DNA of 32,000 bases from Wigglesworthia glossinidia endosymbiont of Glossina morsitans morsitans (Yale colony) (GTDB taxonomy: Bacteria; Pseudomonadota; Gammaproteobacteria; Enterobacterales; Enterobacteriaceae). Below, piece by piece: positions 11,153 to 20,875 of this stretch (position 1 is the first letter of the stretch; each line of letters opens with the position of its first letter). The translations under genes and the position numbers were made by a program. Under the pieces are notes generated by a model that worked only from the letters and a program-made list of their open reading frames with translations, did not search any database and was not told where the DNA came from. The stretch covers positions 90,001 through 122,000 of the forward strand of contig NC_016893.1 in NCBI RefSeq assembly GCF_000247565.1, given 5' to 3'.

Positions 11153-11876
11153 AAAAAAAATTTCGTTAGTTACCGGAGCAAATCGAGGAATAGGAAAAGC
11201 TATTGCAAAAAAATTGCTTGAAAAAAATGTAATAGTAATTGGCACTGCAACACAACCAGAAGGTGTAAAAAAAATTAGCAAATACTTACACGGCCAAGGA
11301 TTAGGAATACAATTAAATATATGTGATTCAATTTCAATTAAATTATGTTTAGAAAAAATAAAAAAAAATTTTGGTTTAATAAATATCCTTATTAACAATG
11401 CAGGTATTACACAAGATAACTTATTAATTAAAATGAAAGAAAATCAATGGGATTCTGTGATAAATACAAATTTAACAGGAACATATAGAATATCTAAAGA
11501 AGTTATACCAGGAATGTTAAAAAAAAATTACGGAAGAATTGTAAATATTGGATCTGTCTCTGGATTTGTAGGAAATCCTGGTCAAACAAATTACTCTGCA
11601 TCTAAATTTGGTTTAATAGGTTTTACACATTCATTATCTAGAGAAGTAGCTAAAAGAGGAATTACAGTGAATATGATATGTCCGGGATTTATTGACACCG
11701 ATATGACACGTATATTATCCGAAAAGCATAAAGAAAAAATTTTATCTTTTATTCCTATTAATCGATTTGGCTCGACAAAAGATGTTGCACATGCCGCCAT
11801 ATTTCTTGCTTCTGACGAAGCTTCTTATATTACAGGAGAAACAATACATGTTAATGGCGGAATGTACATGAAATAA
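11142..11876 (+). CDS. fabG: 3-oxoacyl-ACP reductase
   Basis: SDR fold: VTGANRGIGKAIA, NNAGITQDNLLIKM, YSASKFGLIGFTHSLSREVAKRGITVNMICPGFI; ATG at 11142 preferred over TTG at 11136 in the ORF track; overlaps the fabD 3' end. Confidence 0.96.
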   Translation: MQFEKKISLVTGANRGIGKAIAKKLLEKNVIVIGTATQPEGVKKISKYLHGQGLGIQLNICDSISIKLCLEKIKKNFGLINILINNAGITQDNLLIKMKENQWDSVINTNLTGTYRISKEVIPGMLKKNYGRIVNIGSVSGFVGNPGQTNYSASKFGLIGFTHSLSREVAKRGITVNMICPGFIDTDMTRILSEKHKEKILSFIPINRFGSTKDVAHAAIFLASDEASYITGETIHVNGGMYMK

Positions 11877-11979
11877 TACACATTCGATTTTTTAATAAAT
11901 TTTACTAAGTTGCATCTTTTTTTAAAGTTTTATAAACTAAAAACTTTCGCATAAGCGAATTTGGCAGGAAATTTAAAAT

Positions 11980-12219
11980 ATGAGTACTATTGAAGAAAGC
12001 GTTAAATCTATTATTGCCGAACAATTAGGTGTAAAAAAAGAAGAAGTAATAAACAGTGCATCTTTCGTAGATGATCTAGGAGCAGATTCTTTGGATACAG
12101 TCGAGTTGGTTATGGCATTAGAAGAAGAGTTTGATACTGAAATCCCAGATGAAGAAGCAGAAAAAATCACTACAGTGCAAGCTGCTATTGATTTTATTAA
12201 AGAAAGTAAAAAATCATAA
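11980..12219 (+). CDS. acpP: Acyl carrier protein
   Basis: 79 aa [63 protein letters not shown] with 4'-phosphopantetheine site DSL. Confidence 0.98.
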   Translation: MSTIEESVKSIIAEQLGVKKEEVINSASFVDDLGADSLDTVELVMALEEEFDTEIPDEEAEKITTVQAAIDFIKESKKS

Positions 12220-12224
12220 AGTTA

Positions 12225-12248
12225 ATTGGCGATCTACAGATCGCCAAT
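12225..12248 (+). terminator. Perfect 10-bp hairpin ATTGGCGATC-TACA-GATCGCCAAT immediately after acpP; probable terminator or mRNA 3' stabilising stem
   Basis: Inverted repeat arms 12225-12234 and 12239-12248 separated by TACA, 5 nt after the acpP stop; T6 tract occurs about 14 nt downstream rather than immediately adjacent. Confidence 0.6.
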
Positions 12249-12405
12249 AATTTAAAATAAAATTTTTTAATTTTAAAAAAATGAATTTTTAATTAATCTC
12301 TATAAAAATATATATTTAATCTACTTGATAAATACTATTATTTTAAACAAAAATTTATTATCATATTAACTATTAAATCTTAATTAAATTATAAAAAAGC
12401 ATCTA

Positions 12406-13209
12406 ATGCGATCTTGGATTAATGGAATTGAAACAGATCAAATTTCTATAAGTAACAGAAGTTTGCAATTTGGAGACGGTTTTTTTACAACATTTATATG
12501 CCGAAATGGACGTATTGAATTTTTAAAAAATCATTTTCACAGATTACTTTTAGCAGAAAAAAAACTTTTTTTTAACAAAATTAATTTTTCCGCCTTACAT
12601 AAAGAAGTTAAATTTGCATCTAAATGCGTATCACATGGAATTATTAAAATTATAATTATACGAGGAAATTCTATACGAGGATATAAAGCAAAACAATGTA
12701 TAGAACCAATACGCATTATCATATTAACAAAAAATAATCTAAATTTTAAAAAAATCAAAAAAAATGGAGCTCATCTATATTATAGTCCTATTAAAATCTC
12801 CAGAAATTTATTATTATCCGGTATTAAGCACAATAACAAAATCGAACAAGTTCTTGCTTCAATACATTTAGAGAATATGCATAAAGATGAAGCAATCATT
12901 TTAGATAATAAAGGATTTATAGTAGAATGTTGTACATGCAATATTTTCTGGAGAATAAAAAATTTCGTATTTACTCCAAATTTGAAATATTGTGGAGTTC
13001 CTGGAATAATTAGAAAAAAAATAATTAATTTGTTACCGAAACTTGGATATAAAATAATTGTTTCTTTTTTTAAAAGACAACATTTATTTTCTGCAGAAGA
13101 AGTTTTTATTACTAACTCTATATTTTCTATTATTCCCGTAAAATTAATTGAAAATAAACATTTTCTCGATCGTACTACATTTAAAAAAATACGTTATTTT
13201 TTTTGGTAA
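12406..13209 (+). CDS. pabC: Aminodeoxychorismate lyase (4-amino-4-deoxychorismate lyase)
   Basis: 267 aa; NRSLQFGDGFFTTFICRNGRIEFLKNHFHRLLLAEKKL, PLP-lyase/branched-chain aminotransferase fold pattern; sits between acpP and mltG as expected. Confidence 0.9.
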   Translation: MRSWINGIETDQISISNRSLQFGDGFFTTFICRNGRIEFLKNHFHRLLLAEKKLFFNKINFSALHKEVKFASKCVSHGIIKIIIIRGNSIRGYKAKQCIEPIRIIILTKNNLNFKKIKKNGAHLYYSPIKISRNLLLSGIKHNNKIEQVLASIHLENMHKDEAIILDNKGFIVECCTCNIFWRIKNFVFTPNLKYCGVPGIIRKKIINLLPKLGYKIIVSFFKRQHLFSAEEVFITNSIFSIIPVKLIENKHFLDRTTFKKIRYFFW

Positions 13210-13395
13210 AATAAACTTGTATATGCAAATTATATATAAAATAAAAAAACAAAAAATATTTTTTATATATTTGTTTTTGATAATTTTTATTTTTTTTTTA
13301 AGATACATGTTTTTTCTATAGAACCTTTAAACATTAGCAAAGAAACCTTAATTACTATACCAAAAGGAAGCACTATATTTTATTTAAAAAAATTT

Positions 13396-14256
13396 ATGGA
13401 AAAAAAAAATATTAAAAATAATTTATATTTGCTACCTTTTTTAATTAAAATTAATCCTAGTCTAAAGAATATTAAATCTGGAACATATGCTTTATATCCA
13501 GGAATGAATATGAAAGATGCCTTTAATATGTTTGTATCAGGCAAAGAAAAACAATTTTCTATTCGATTTATTGAAGGTTCAACTTTAAAAGATTGCTTAA
13601 AAATTTTAAAAAATTCTCCGTATATACAGCAAGATATAGATTTCAATAATTTACACAACTTATCAAAACAATTAGGTGAAAAATCCGATATATTGTTAGA
13701 AGGGAATCTTTATCCAGATACATATTTACACACTAAAAACACTAAAGCAAGTGAAATACTAAAACGTGCAAAAAATAATATGAAAAAAATTTTAGAAAAA
13801 ATTTGGGATACACGAGATCAAAATTTACCGTACGATTCACCTCAATCGCTATTAATCATGGCATCTATTATTGAAAAAGAATCGCCATTAAAACAAGAAC
13901 GTTTTCTAATTTCTTCTGTATTTGTTAATCGATTAAATAACAAAATGAAATTGCAATCAGATCCTACTGTAGAATATGGATTAAAACTTCTAAAACCTAA
14001 TAAAAAAATGACTTATAAAGATCTCAAAATACCTACTCCTTATAATACATACATTATTTCTGGATTACCAAAAACAGCAATATCTATGCCTAGTTTTGAA
14101 TCAATCAAAGCAGCTGCACATCCAGAAAAAAGTAATTATTTTTATTTTGTTTCTACTGGATACGGCAATCATATTTTTAATCATGATTTTGATAGCCATA
14201 AAAAAGCAGTGAAAAATTATCGCAAATGGAAAAAGGAAATAAATAGTGCACGGTAA
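13396..14256 (+). CDS. mltG: Endolytic murein transglycosylase MltG/YceG; annotated from the first in-frame ATG, but the homologous region extends upstream (see findings)
   Basis: [104 protein letters not shown] are diagnostic of MltG. Confidence 0.93.
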   Translation: MEKKNIKNNLYLLPFLIKINPSLKNIKSGTYALYPGMNMKDAFNMFVSGKEKQFSIRFIEGSTLKDCLKILKNSPYIQQDIDFNNLHNLSKQLGEKSDILLEGNLYPDTYLHTKNTKASEILKRAKNNMKKILEKIWDTRDQNLPYDSPQSLLIMASIIEKESPLKQERFLISSVFVNRLNNKMKLQSDPTVEYGLKLLKPNKKMTYKDLKIPTPYNTYIISGLPKTAISMPSFESIKAAAHPEKSNYFYFVSTGYGNHIFNHDFDSHKKAVKNYRKWKKEINSAR

Positions 14257-14947
14257 ATTTATTGTTATCGAAGGATTAGAAGGCTCCGGAAAAACTAATG
14301 CTATTTCGAAAGTAGTAAATATATTAAATCTACAAGGAATAAAAAACGTAATTTTTACAAGAGAGCCAGGAGGAACTCCACTTGCAGAAGCTTTACGAAC
14401 ATTGATTAAAGAAGGTGTAGGTTATGAGCCAATTACTAACCATGCTGAATTATTAATGTTATATGCTGCCCGTATACAATTAGTAGAACGCATAATTAAA
14501 CCAGCTTTAAGCCAAGGCTCTTGGGTAGTTGGAGATCGACATGACCTATCTTCTTTAGCGTATCAAGGAGGAGGAAGGTGTATAAACGAAAAATTGTTAA
14601 AAACTTTAAGAGATGCTTTTTTAGGAGATTTTTATCCGGATTTTACTTTATATTTAGATATACCACCTGTAATGGGATTAGCTAGAATTAGGGCACGTGC
14701 TACAGTTAGAGCGCAAATCAGAGAAAAAATGCACAAAATAAAAAGAGCACACTCACATGATATAAAAAATGAATTAGATAGAATAGAAGTAGAACCTATC
14801 TCATTTTTTGATAGAACAAGAGCGCGTTATTTAGAATTAGCTAAAAAAAATAAGAATATTGTTACTATTGATGCTAGTCAGTCTTTAGAACAAGTAAATT
14901 TAGAAATAAAAGAAAAATTATTAAATTGGTTAAAAATTCAAAATTAA
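14246..14947 (+). CDS. tmk: Thymidylate kinase (GTG start, overlaps mltG)
   Basis: 233 aa; P-loop [65 protein letters not shown]. Confidence 0.95.
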   Translation: MHGKFIVIEGLEGSGKTNAISKVVNILNLQGIKNVIFTREPGGTPLAEALRTLIKEGVGYEPITNHAELLMLYAARIQLVERIIKPALSQGSWVVGDRHDLSSLAYQGGGRCINEKLLKTLRDAFLGDFYPDFTLYLDIPPVMGLARIRARATVRAQIREKMHKIKRAHSHDIKNELDRIEVEPISFFDRTRARYLELAKKNKNIVTIDASQSLEQVNLEIKEKLLNWLKIQN

Positions 14948-14951
14948 TATT

Positions 14952-15929
14952 ATGCTATATCCATGGTTAAAAATACCATATCAAGAAATTATATCATGTC
15001 TTAAATTTAATACTTCTTGCACGGTATTACTGCAAAGCAACTCAGGATGCGGAATAAAAAAATTGTATTGTGCAATAATTAAACAAATATTTTGCAAATG
15101 CAAAAAAGATACGATTCATTATAATTTTTGTTTAAATTGTCAATTATTATCTGAAAATCGTCATCCAGATCTTTATGACTTCTCTAAGTATGCTATTTTA
15201 AATAAACAAATTGGAATAGATATCATACGAGAAATTTGCGAAAAAATTTTTTATCCTCCATATTATGGAGATGTAAAAATAATATTAATTCAAAATTTAG
15301 AACTTTTAACTAATCAAGCTATGCATGCATTACTGAAAACAATAGAAGAACCGTCAAAAAAAACATATTTTATATTAGGATGTAAAAAAATTAATTATAT
15401 TTTGCCAACAATTCTTAGCAGAAGTAAAATATGGAATATTTTTATTAAAACAAGCGATAGTTTGCAGTGGTTAAATGATCAAGGATACACAGAACTAAAG
15501 AAAACTAAAATTATTTTAAATCTCTGTTATGGAGCGCCAATTTTTGCTAAAAAAATGTTATCTTCTAATTTTTGGGAGATAAGAAAAAAAATGATATTAA
15601 TTCTAAAAAAAATTTTTCTAAAGCAGGCTTCTTTTTTTCATTTGTTTGAAAGTTGTCAAAAAATTGAAATATTTTTTATATTTATAAATTCTTTTATTAT
15701 AGATACTATAAGATACAAAAGTAACATTTTTTTGAATATTATTAACATTGACTGTATTAAAATTGTAGAATATATGTCTAAAATTTGTTCTATATGTTTT
15801 TTATATCAACAATGGGATTTTTGGTTAAATTTTAAAAAATTAAATTCAGAAATTTCAGGAATTAACAAAGAAATTTTTTTAATAAAAACTATATTAGCTT
15901 GGAATAATTTAATTCAGGATATTAAATAA
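14952..15929 (+). CDS. holB: DNA polymerase III delta' subunit
   Basis: 325 aa; CLNCQLLSENRHPDLYDF, NQAMHALLKTIEEPSKKTYFILGC, TILSRSK; directly between tmk and ycfH as in E. coli. Confidence 0.9.
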   Translation: MLYPWLKIPYQEIISCLKFNTSCTVLLQSNSGCGIKKLYCAIIKQIFCKCKKDTIHYNFCLNCQLLSENRHPDLYDFSKYAILNKQIGIDIIREICEKIFYPPYYGDVKIILIQNLELLTNQAMHALLKTIEEPSKKTYFILGCKKINYILPTILSRSKIWNIFIKTSDSLQWLNDQGYTELKKTKIILNLCYGAPIFAKKMLSSNFWEIRKKMILILKKIFLKQASFFHLFESCQKIEIFFIFINSFIIDTIRYKSNIFLNIINIDCIKIVEYMSKICSICFLYQQWDFWLNFKKLNSEISGINKEIFLIKTILAWNNLIQDIK

Positions 15930-16724
15930 GTGCTTTTAATTGATTCTCATTGTCATTTAGATTTTTTGAGCAATACTCGTAAAAATATTAAAAATATTGT
16001 ATTACAAGCAGAAAAAAATCATGTTAATCAGATTTTATCTGTATGTATTTCCGTTTCGCAATTTTCTAATATGATTAGTTTACTTAATAAAATTCCAAAT
16101 GTTTTACTTTCGTTTGGAATACATCCACTTTATATTGAAAAATCATATGATAAAAAATTACTGCATAATTTTGCAACTAGAAATGATGTAGTAGCAATCG
16201 GAGAATCAGGATTAGATTATAGCAAAATTGGATATAATTCAGAAATACAAAAAAAAGTTTTTCTTGATCATATTGAAATTAGTAAGATAGTTAAAAAACC
16301 TCTTATTATTCATTCAAGGAATGCGACTCATGATATGATTAAAATTTTATCTAATGTAAATTGTGAAATTTCCGGATGTATCATGCATTGTTTTACAGAA
16401 AATATACAAATAGCAAAAATTTTTTTAGACTTAGGATGTTATATTTCATTTTCTGGAATTGTTACTTTTAAAAATGCAAAAATAATACAAGATTGCGCAA
16501 GATATGTACCTGATGATCGTATATTAATAGAAACAGATTCACCATATTTATCTCCCGAACCATATAGAGGAAAAAAAAATCAACCATCTTATTTAATTCA
16601 TATTGCAAAATATATTGCAAATTTAAGAAATACAACTTTAAAAAATTTTTCAAAAAGTATAGTAAAAAATTTTCAAAAATTATTCCCAAAACACTCCAGT
16701 AAAAATAAAAAAAATATTCAATAA
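15930..16724 (+). CDS. ycfH: TatD-family metal-dependent deoxyribonuclease YcfH
   Basis: 264 aa; DSHCHLDFL, SFGIHPLY, AIGESGLDY, PLIIHSRNA, GCIMHCFTEN, ILIETDSPYLSPEPYRGKKNQPSY. Confidence 0.95.
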   Translation: MLLIDSHCHLDFLSNTRKNIKNIVLQAEKNHVNQILSVCISVSQFSNMISLLNKIPNVLLSFGIHPLYIEKSYDKKLLHNFATRNDVVAIGESGLDYSKIGYNSEIQKKVFLDHIEISKIVKKPLIIHSRNATHDMIKILSNVNCEISGCIMHCFTENIQIAKIFLDLGCYISFSGIVTFKNAKIIQDCARYVPDDRILIETDSPYLSPEPYRGKKNQPSYLIHIAKYIANLRNTTLKNFSKSIVKNFQKLFPKHSSKNKKNIQ

Positions 16725-16743
16725 ATATCAAGGAAAATATATT

Positions 16744-17088
16744 TTGAAAGAAAATATTTTTATAAAGATTTTGCAAAAAAAATCACCCGCAAATATTATA
16801 TATCAAGATAATTACGTGACTGCTTTTCGAGATAAAAATCCTCAAGCACCAATACACGTTATTATAATAACTAATATACTTATACCTACTGTAAATGATG
16901 TAAAAGATCAACATGCATTAATGCTCGGTCATTTGTTTCTTGCAGCTTCTAAAATAGCTGTAAAAGAAAAAATTAATAAAAGTGGTTATCGTCTAATAAT
17001 TAATTGTAACAAAGATGGTGGCCAAGAAATTTATCATTTACATATGCATTTATTAGGAGGTAAAAATCTTGGAAAATTATTATATTGA
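16744..17088 (+). CDS. hinT: HIT-family purine nucleoside phosphoramidase (TTG start)
   Basis: 114 aa; FRDKNPQAPIHVIIIT and HIT motif HLHMHLLGG. Confidence 0.92.
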   Translation: MKENIFIKILQKKSPANIIYQDNYVTAFRDKNPQAPIHVIIITNILIPTVNDVKDQHALMLGHLFLAASKIAVKEKINKSGYRLIINCNKDGGQEIYHLHMHLLGGKNLGKLLY

Positions 17089-17233
17089 TACGAACAAAAA
17101 TGAAATTTAACATTAACATAAAAATATAAATAATAACTAATTTACTGCAAGAGAAAACATATATTATAAATAAATTTATAGAAATTATTGCTGATAACTA
17201 ATAATATATTCTAAAAAAATTGGAAAATACACA

Positions 17234-18532
17234 ATGTTACAAAAAATTATTATAGTTGGCGGAGGAGCTGGCGGTTTAGAATTAGCTACAAAATTAGGAA
17301 ATAAATTAGGAAAAAAAAAATTAGCCAGTATTATTTTAGTCGATTTTAATTACATTCATGTATGGAAACCTTTATTGCATAAAGTTGCCGTAGGCTCTTT
17401 AAATGAAGGCAATAACTGTACTAGCTATATCGCACACGCTAAAAATCATTATTTTAAATTTTGTTTAGGAAAAATGATTGGAATTAATCGTATTAAAAAA
17501 ACAATTATACTTAATGAATTAATCAATCAAGATGGAACAATTATTGTTCCTAAAAGAGAATTGAACTATGATATTTTAGTAATTGCAATTGGTAGCAAAT
17601 CAAATCATTTTGCAGTACCTGGAGTAAAAAAATACTGTAATTTTATTGATGATATTTTTCAAGCTAAAAAATTTTATAAAAAGATGTTTAATTTATTTTT
17701 AAAAATTTCTATGAACAACAATCTTCTTACAGAAGAGTATAATATTGCAATTGTCGGGGGAGGAGCAACTGGAGTAGAATTATCGGCAGAGTTATGTAAT
17801 GCAGTCGATGAATTGCATCGATACGGCTTTCAAGGTTTAAAAAAAAACGTTCTTCATGTAACATTAATTGAAACAGGACCTAGAATTTTACCTGCTTTAC
17901 CAACTAGAATTTCTCATAGAGTACATTTAGAATTAAAAAAAATTGGTGTAAAAATTTTTAATAATACTACAATTGTAAAATGCAACGAAACTAGTTTGCT
18001 TACTAAAAATGGAGAAAAGATTAAATCTGAACTTATGGTATGGTCGGCTGGAGTTAAAGCACAAAAATTCCAAGAAAAATATTTTGATTTAGAAACAAAT
18101 CATATTCATCAAATATTAGTTAAAGATACATTGCAAACTACTTTAGACGAAAAAATATTTGCAATAGGTGACTGTGCATCTTGTTTATTAAAAAATGGCA
18201 TCTATGTACCTCCGAGAGCTCAAGCAGCACATCAAATGGCAACATGTACTTATTTTAATATTTTATCATTAATAAAAAATAAAAAATTAAAAAGCTATAT
18301 CTATAAGGATTATGGATCACTTATATCGTTATCTAAATTTAAAACAATAGGAAATTTTATGGATCATATAACTAATAATTCAATTTTAATTGAAGGCATG
18401 ATTGCAAAATTAGCGTATCTTTTATTATATCGTATGCATCAAATTTCTTTACATGGATCTATAAAAACAGGATTTATGATACTTTCTACAGGAATTGAAC
18501 GCATTATTCAACCTCGTTTTAAATTACATTGA
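17234..18532 (+). CDS. ndh: Type II NADH dehydrogenase
   Basis: 432 aa; IIIVGGGAGGLELATKLGNKLGKKK, HVWKPLLHKVAVGSLNEG, NIAIVGGGATGVELSAELCNAV, FAIGDCASC, PPRAQAAHQMATC, C-terminus IIQPRFKLH. Confidence 0.96.
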   Translation: MLQKIIIVGGGAGGLELATKLGNKLGKKKLASIILVDFNYIHVWKPLLHKVAVGSLNEGNNCTSYIAHAKNHYFKFCLGKMIGINRIKKTIILNELINQDGTIIVPKRELNYDILVIAIGSKSNHFAVPGVKKYCNFIDDIFQAKKFYKKMFNLFLKISMNNNLLTEEYNIAIVGGGATGVELSAELCNAVDELHRYGFQGLKKNVLHVTLIETGPRILPALPTRISHRVHLELKKIGVKIFNNTTIVKCNETSLLTKNGEKIKSELMVWSAGVKAQKFQEKYFDLETNHIHQILVKDTLQTTLDEKIFAIGDCASCLLKNGIYVPPRAQAAHQMATCTYFNILSLIKNKKLKSYIYKDYGSLISLSKFKTIGNFMDHITNNSILIEGMIAKLAYLLLYRMHQISLHGSIKTGFMILSTGIERIIQPRFKLH

Positions 18533-18554
18533 TTATTTTAATTTATTTTTTTAA

Positions 18555-20615
18555 TCAAGATATAGAAATTAAAAAATTTTTTACATAATTTATTCTTTCT
18601 AGATAACTATTTGTATAAAAATTTATTTTTAACTTTGTGCTCGTTTTAAAACTATAAATTTTAGAATTCTGCAATATTGTTATTAATTTTTTATAATTTA
18701 TAGTATTTTTTTCATGAAATTCGATCGTACCTCCTTGAGAATTCAAATTAATTTTTTTGATTCCTAACAAATAAGACTGTTTTCTAATTTTCGCAATTTC
18801 GATTAAATTTAATGCAAATTCTGGAATAGTACCAAAATTATGCAACAATTGATTTTTTATAATATGAATTTTTTCAATATTACTACTAAAAATTTTTTTA
18901 TAAAAATTTAAACGTGTTGATACGTCTGAAATATAAGATTCTGGTAAAAAAGCTGGAACATTTAAATCTACTTCTGTAAAATTATTTTTGATATTTTCTA
19001 AAGAAATTTCTTTACCAGATTTTATTGCATTTACGGCATTATATAATAATTCATGATATAATGAAATTCCTATAGAATTTATTTGACCACTTTGTTTAGA
19101 TCCTAACAATTCTCCGGAACCTCTAATTTCTAAATCATTTATTGCTAGTGAAAATCCTGATCCTAAAGTATCTATTTTAGAAATTGCCTCTAATCTTTTT
19201 TTAGAATTTTCTTTCAAAGAACATTTTGGAGATATCAAAAAATATGCATATGCTTGACGAAATGACCTTCCTACTCTTCCGCGTAATTGATTTAACTGGG
19301 CAAGACCAAATTGATCGGCGCATTCAATAATAATGGTATTAGCATTTGCTATATCAATTCCAGTTTCAATGATTGTAGTACATACTAATACGTCAAAATT
19401 ATTTTTTTGAAAATTTTTCATAATTCTTTTAAGCGATTTTTTACACATCTTTGAATGTAAAATTTCAATACGCGCTATAGGTATTAATTTTTTTAAAAGT
19501 TCTAATTTTTTATTAATCGTTTGAATATTGTTATGTAAGTAATATATTTGTCCTTTTCTAGATAATTCTTTTTCGATAGCTTTTTTAATTATTGATTTAT
19601 TATATTCGTAAATAAATGTTTTTATTGCAAGTCGATGTTTTGGAGGTGTAGAGATAATTGACAAATCTCTCAAACTATTCAAAGCCATATTTAAAGTTCT
19701 CGGGATAGGAGTAGCTGTTAGTGCTAAAATATCGATGCCTGAACGTAATACATTAATGCATTCTTTTTGAGACACACCAAATCGATGTTCTTCATCAATA
19801 ATCAATAATCCCAAGTCATGCCAAATAACATCTTTCTGTAATATACGATGTGTACCAATTACAATATGAAAATTACCTTTTAAAATTAAATTTAGAACAT
19901 TCTTTTGTTCTCGAATATTTAAAAAACGTGATAACATTGCAATTTTTATTGGCCATTTTTTGAATCTTAAACTAAAATTTTTAAAATGTTGTTGTGCCAA
20001 TAACGTTGTTGGAGTAAGTAAAGCTACTTGTTTTTTGTTTTCTACAGCTACAAAAGCAGCGCGCATAGCAATTTCTGTTTTTCCAAAACCTACATCGCCG
20101 CATATTAAACGATTCATAATCGTATTTTTTTGCATATCATACAAAACTGCATCAATAGCTTTTTGTTGATCATACGTAAGTTCAAAATTACAATCACGAC
20201 AAAATTCTTGGTATTTAAAAATATTATTTCTAAACTCAAATCCTTTTTTAGATAATCGTTCTGATATATTATCTAATAATTCAGCTGCTAAATCTTTAAT
20301 TTTATATATTGTTTTTTTTCTAGTTTTTTTCCATGTATCCGATCCAAGTTTGTGTAAAGTAATATTTTCTGTATTTAAATGACATGGAAGATATTTATTT
20401 ATTAAATGCATAGATGTAAGCGGGACGTATAAAATATCATTTTTTAAATATTTAATCATTAAATATTCATTTTCTATATCTCCTGTTTTTATTAGTTTAG
20501 TTCCTATGTATTTACCAATGCCATGTTCAAAATGAACAACAAAATCTCCTACCTTTAAAAGTATTTCGAATTTTTTTTTGGAGTTATAAAAAAAATCATT
20601 TATTTTTTTGTTCAT
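18555..20615 (-). CDS. mfd: Transcription-repair coupling factor, N-terminally truncated (RNAP-interaction, translocase and C-terminal modules only)
   Basis: 686 aa; VGDFVVHFEHGIGKYIGTK, RLICGDVGFGKTEIAMRAAFVAV, DEEHRFG, TATPIPRTLNMAL, TTIIETGIDIANANTIII, QLRGRVGRS, EVDLNVPAFLPESYISDVSTRLNFYK. Confidence 0.95.
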   Translation of the reverse strand: MNKKINDFFYNSKKKFEILLKVGDFVVHFEHGIGKYIGTKLIKTGDIENEYLMIKYLKNDILYVPLTSMHLINKYLPCHLNTENITLHKLGSDTWKKTRKKTIYKIKDLAAELLDNISERLSKKGFEFRNNIFKYQEFCRDCNFELTYDQQKAIDAVLYDMQKNTIMNRLICGDVGFGKTEIAMRAAFVAVENKKQVALLTPTTLLAQQHFKNFSLRFKKWPIKIAMLSRFLNIREQKNVLNLILKGNFHIVIGTHRILQKDVIWHDLGLLIIDEEHRFGVSQKECINVLRSGIDILALTATPIPRTLNMALNSLRDLSIISTPPKHRLAIKTFIYEYNKSIIKKAIEKELSRKGQIYYLHNNIQTINKKLELLKKLIPIARIEILHSKMCKKSLKRIMKNFQKNNFDVLVCTTIIETGIDIANANTIIIECADQFGLAQLNQLRGRVGRSFRQAYAYFLISPKCSLKENSKKRLEAISKIDTLGSGFSLAINDLEIRGSGELLGSKQSGQINSIGISLYHELLYNAVNAIKSGKEISLENIKNNFTEVDLNVPAFLPESYISDVSTRLNFYKKIFSSNIEKIHIIKNQLLHNFGTIPEFALNLIEIAKIRKQSYLLGIKKINLNSQGGTIEFHEKNTINYKKLITILQNSKIYSFKTSTKLKINFYTNSYLERINYVKNFLISIS

Positions 20616-20875
20616 TGTATTAATATAATTTTTAATTAAATGTAATTTATTTACAATATCTATGTATCTTAATTAAAATAAGTTTACATAAATATTGAAT
20701 GCATATATTTTATAATAATTATTTAACTTGCTCTATTACAAAAATTTTTTATCTAAAAAAATTTAATTTTATACTGAAATTAATTCACAAAAAATTTGGT
20801 ACTAAATATACATATTTAAAATATAATATTATATGTACTTAACTATAAGTATGTTAAATTTGATAAATACATAAA

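Noticed and set aside
11087-12170. Minus-strand ORFs at 11087-11398, 11591-11800 and 11973-12170
   Set aside because: Antisense shadows of fabD/fabG/acpP, which are clearly coding on the plus strand; no recognisable motifs.
13380-13658. 92-aa minus-strand ORF across the mltG 5' region
   Set aside because: Antisense to conserved MltG sequence; residue pattern is the complement of Lys/Asn-rich coding.
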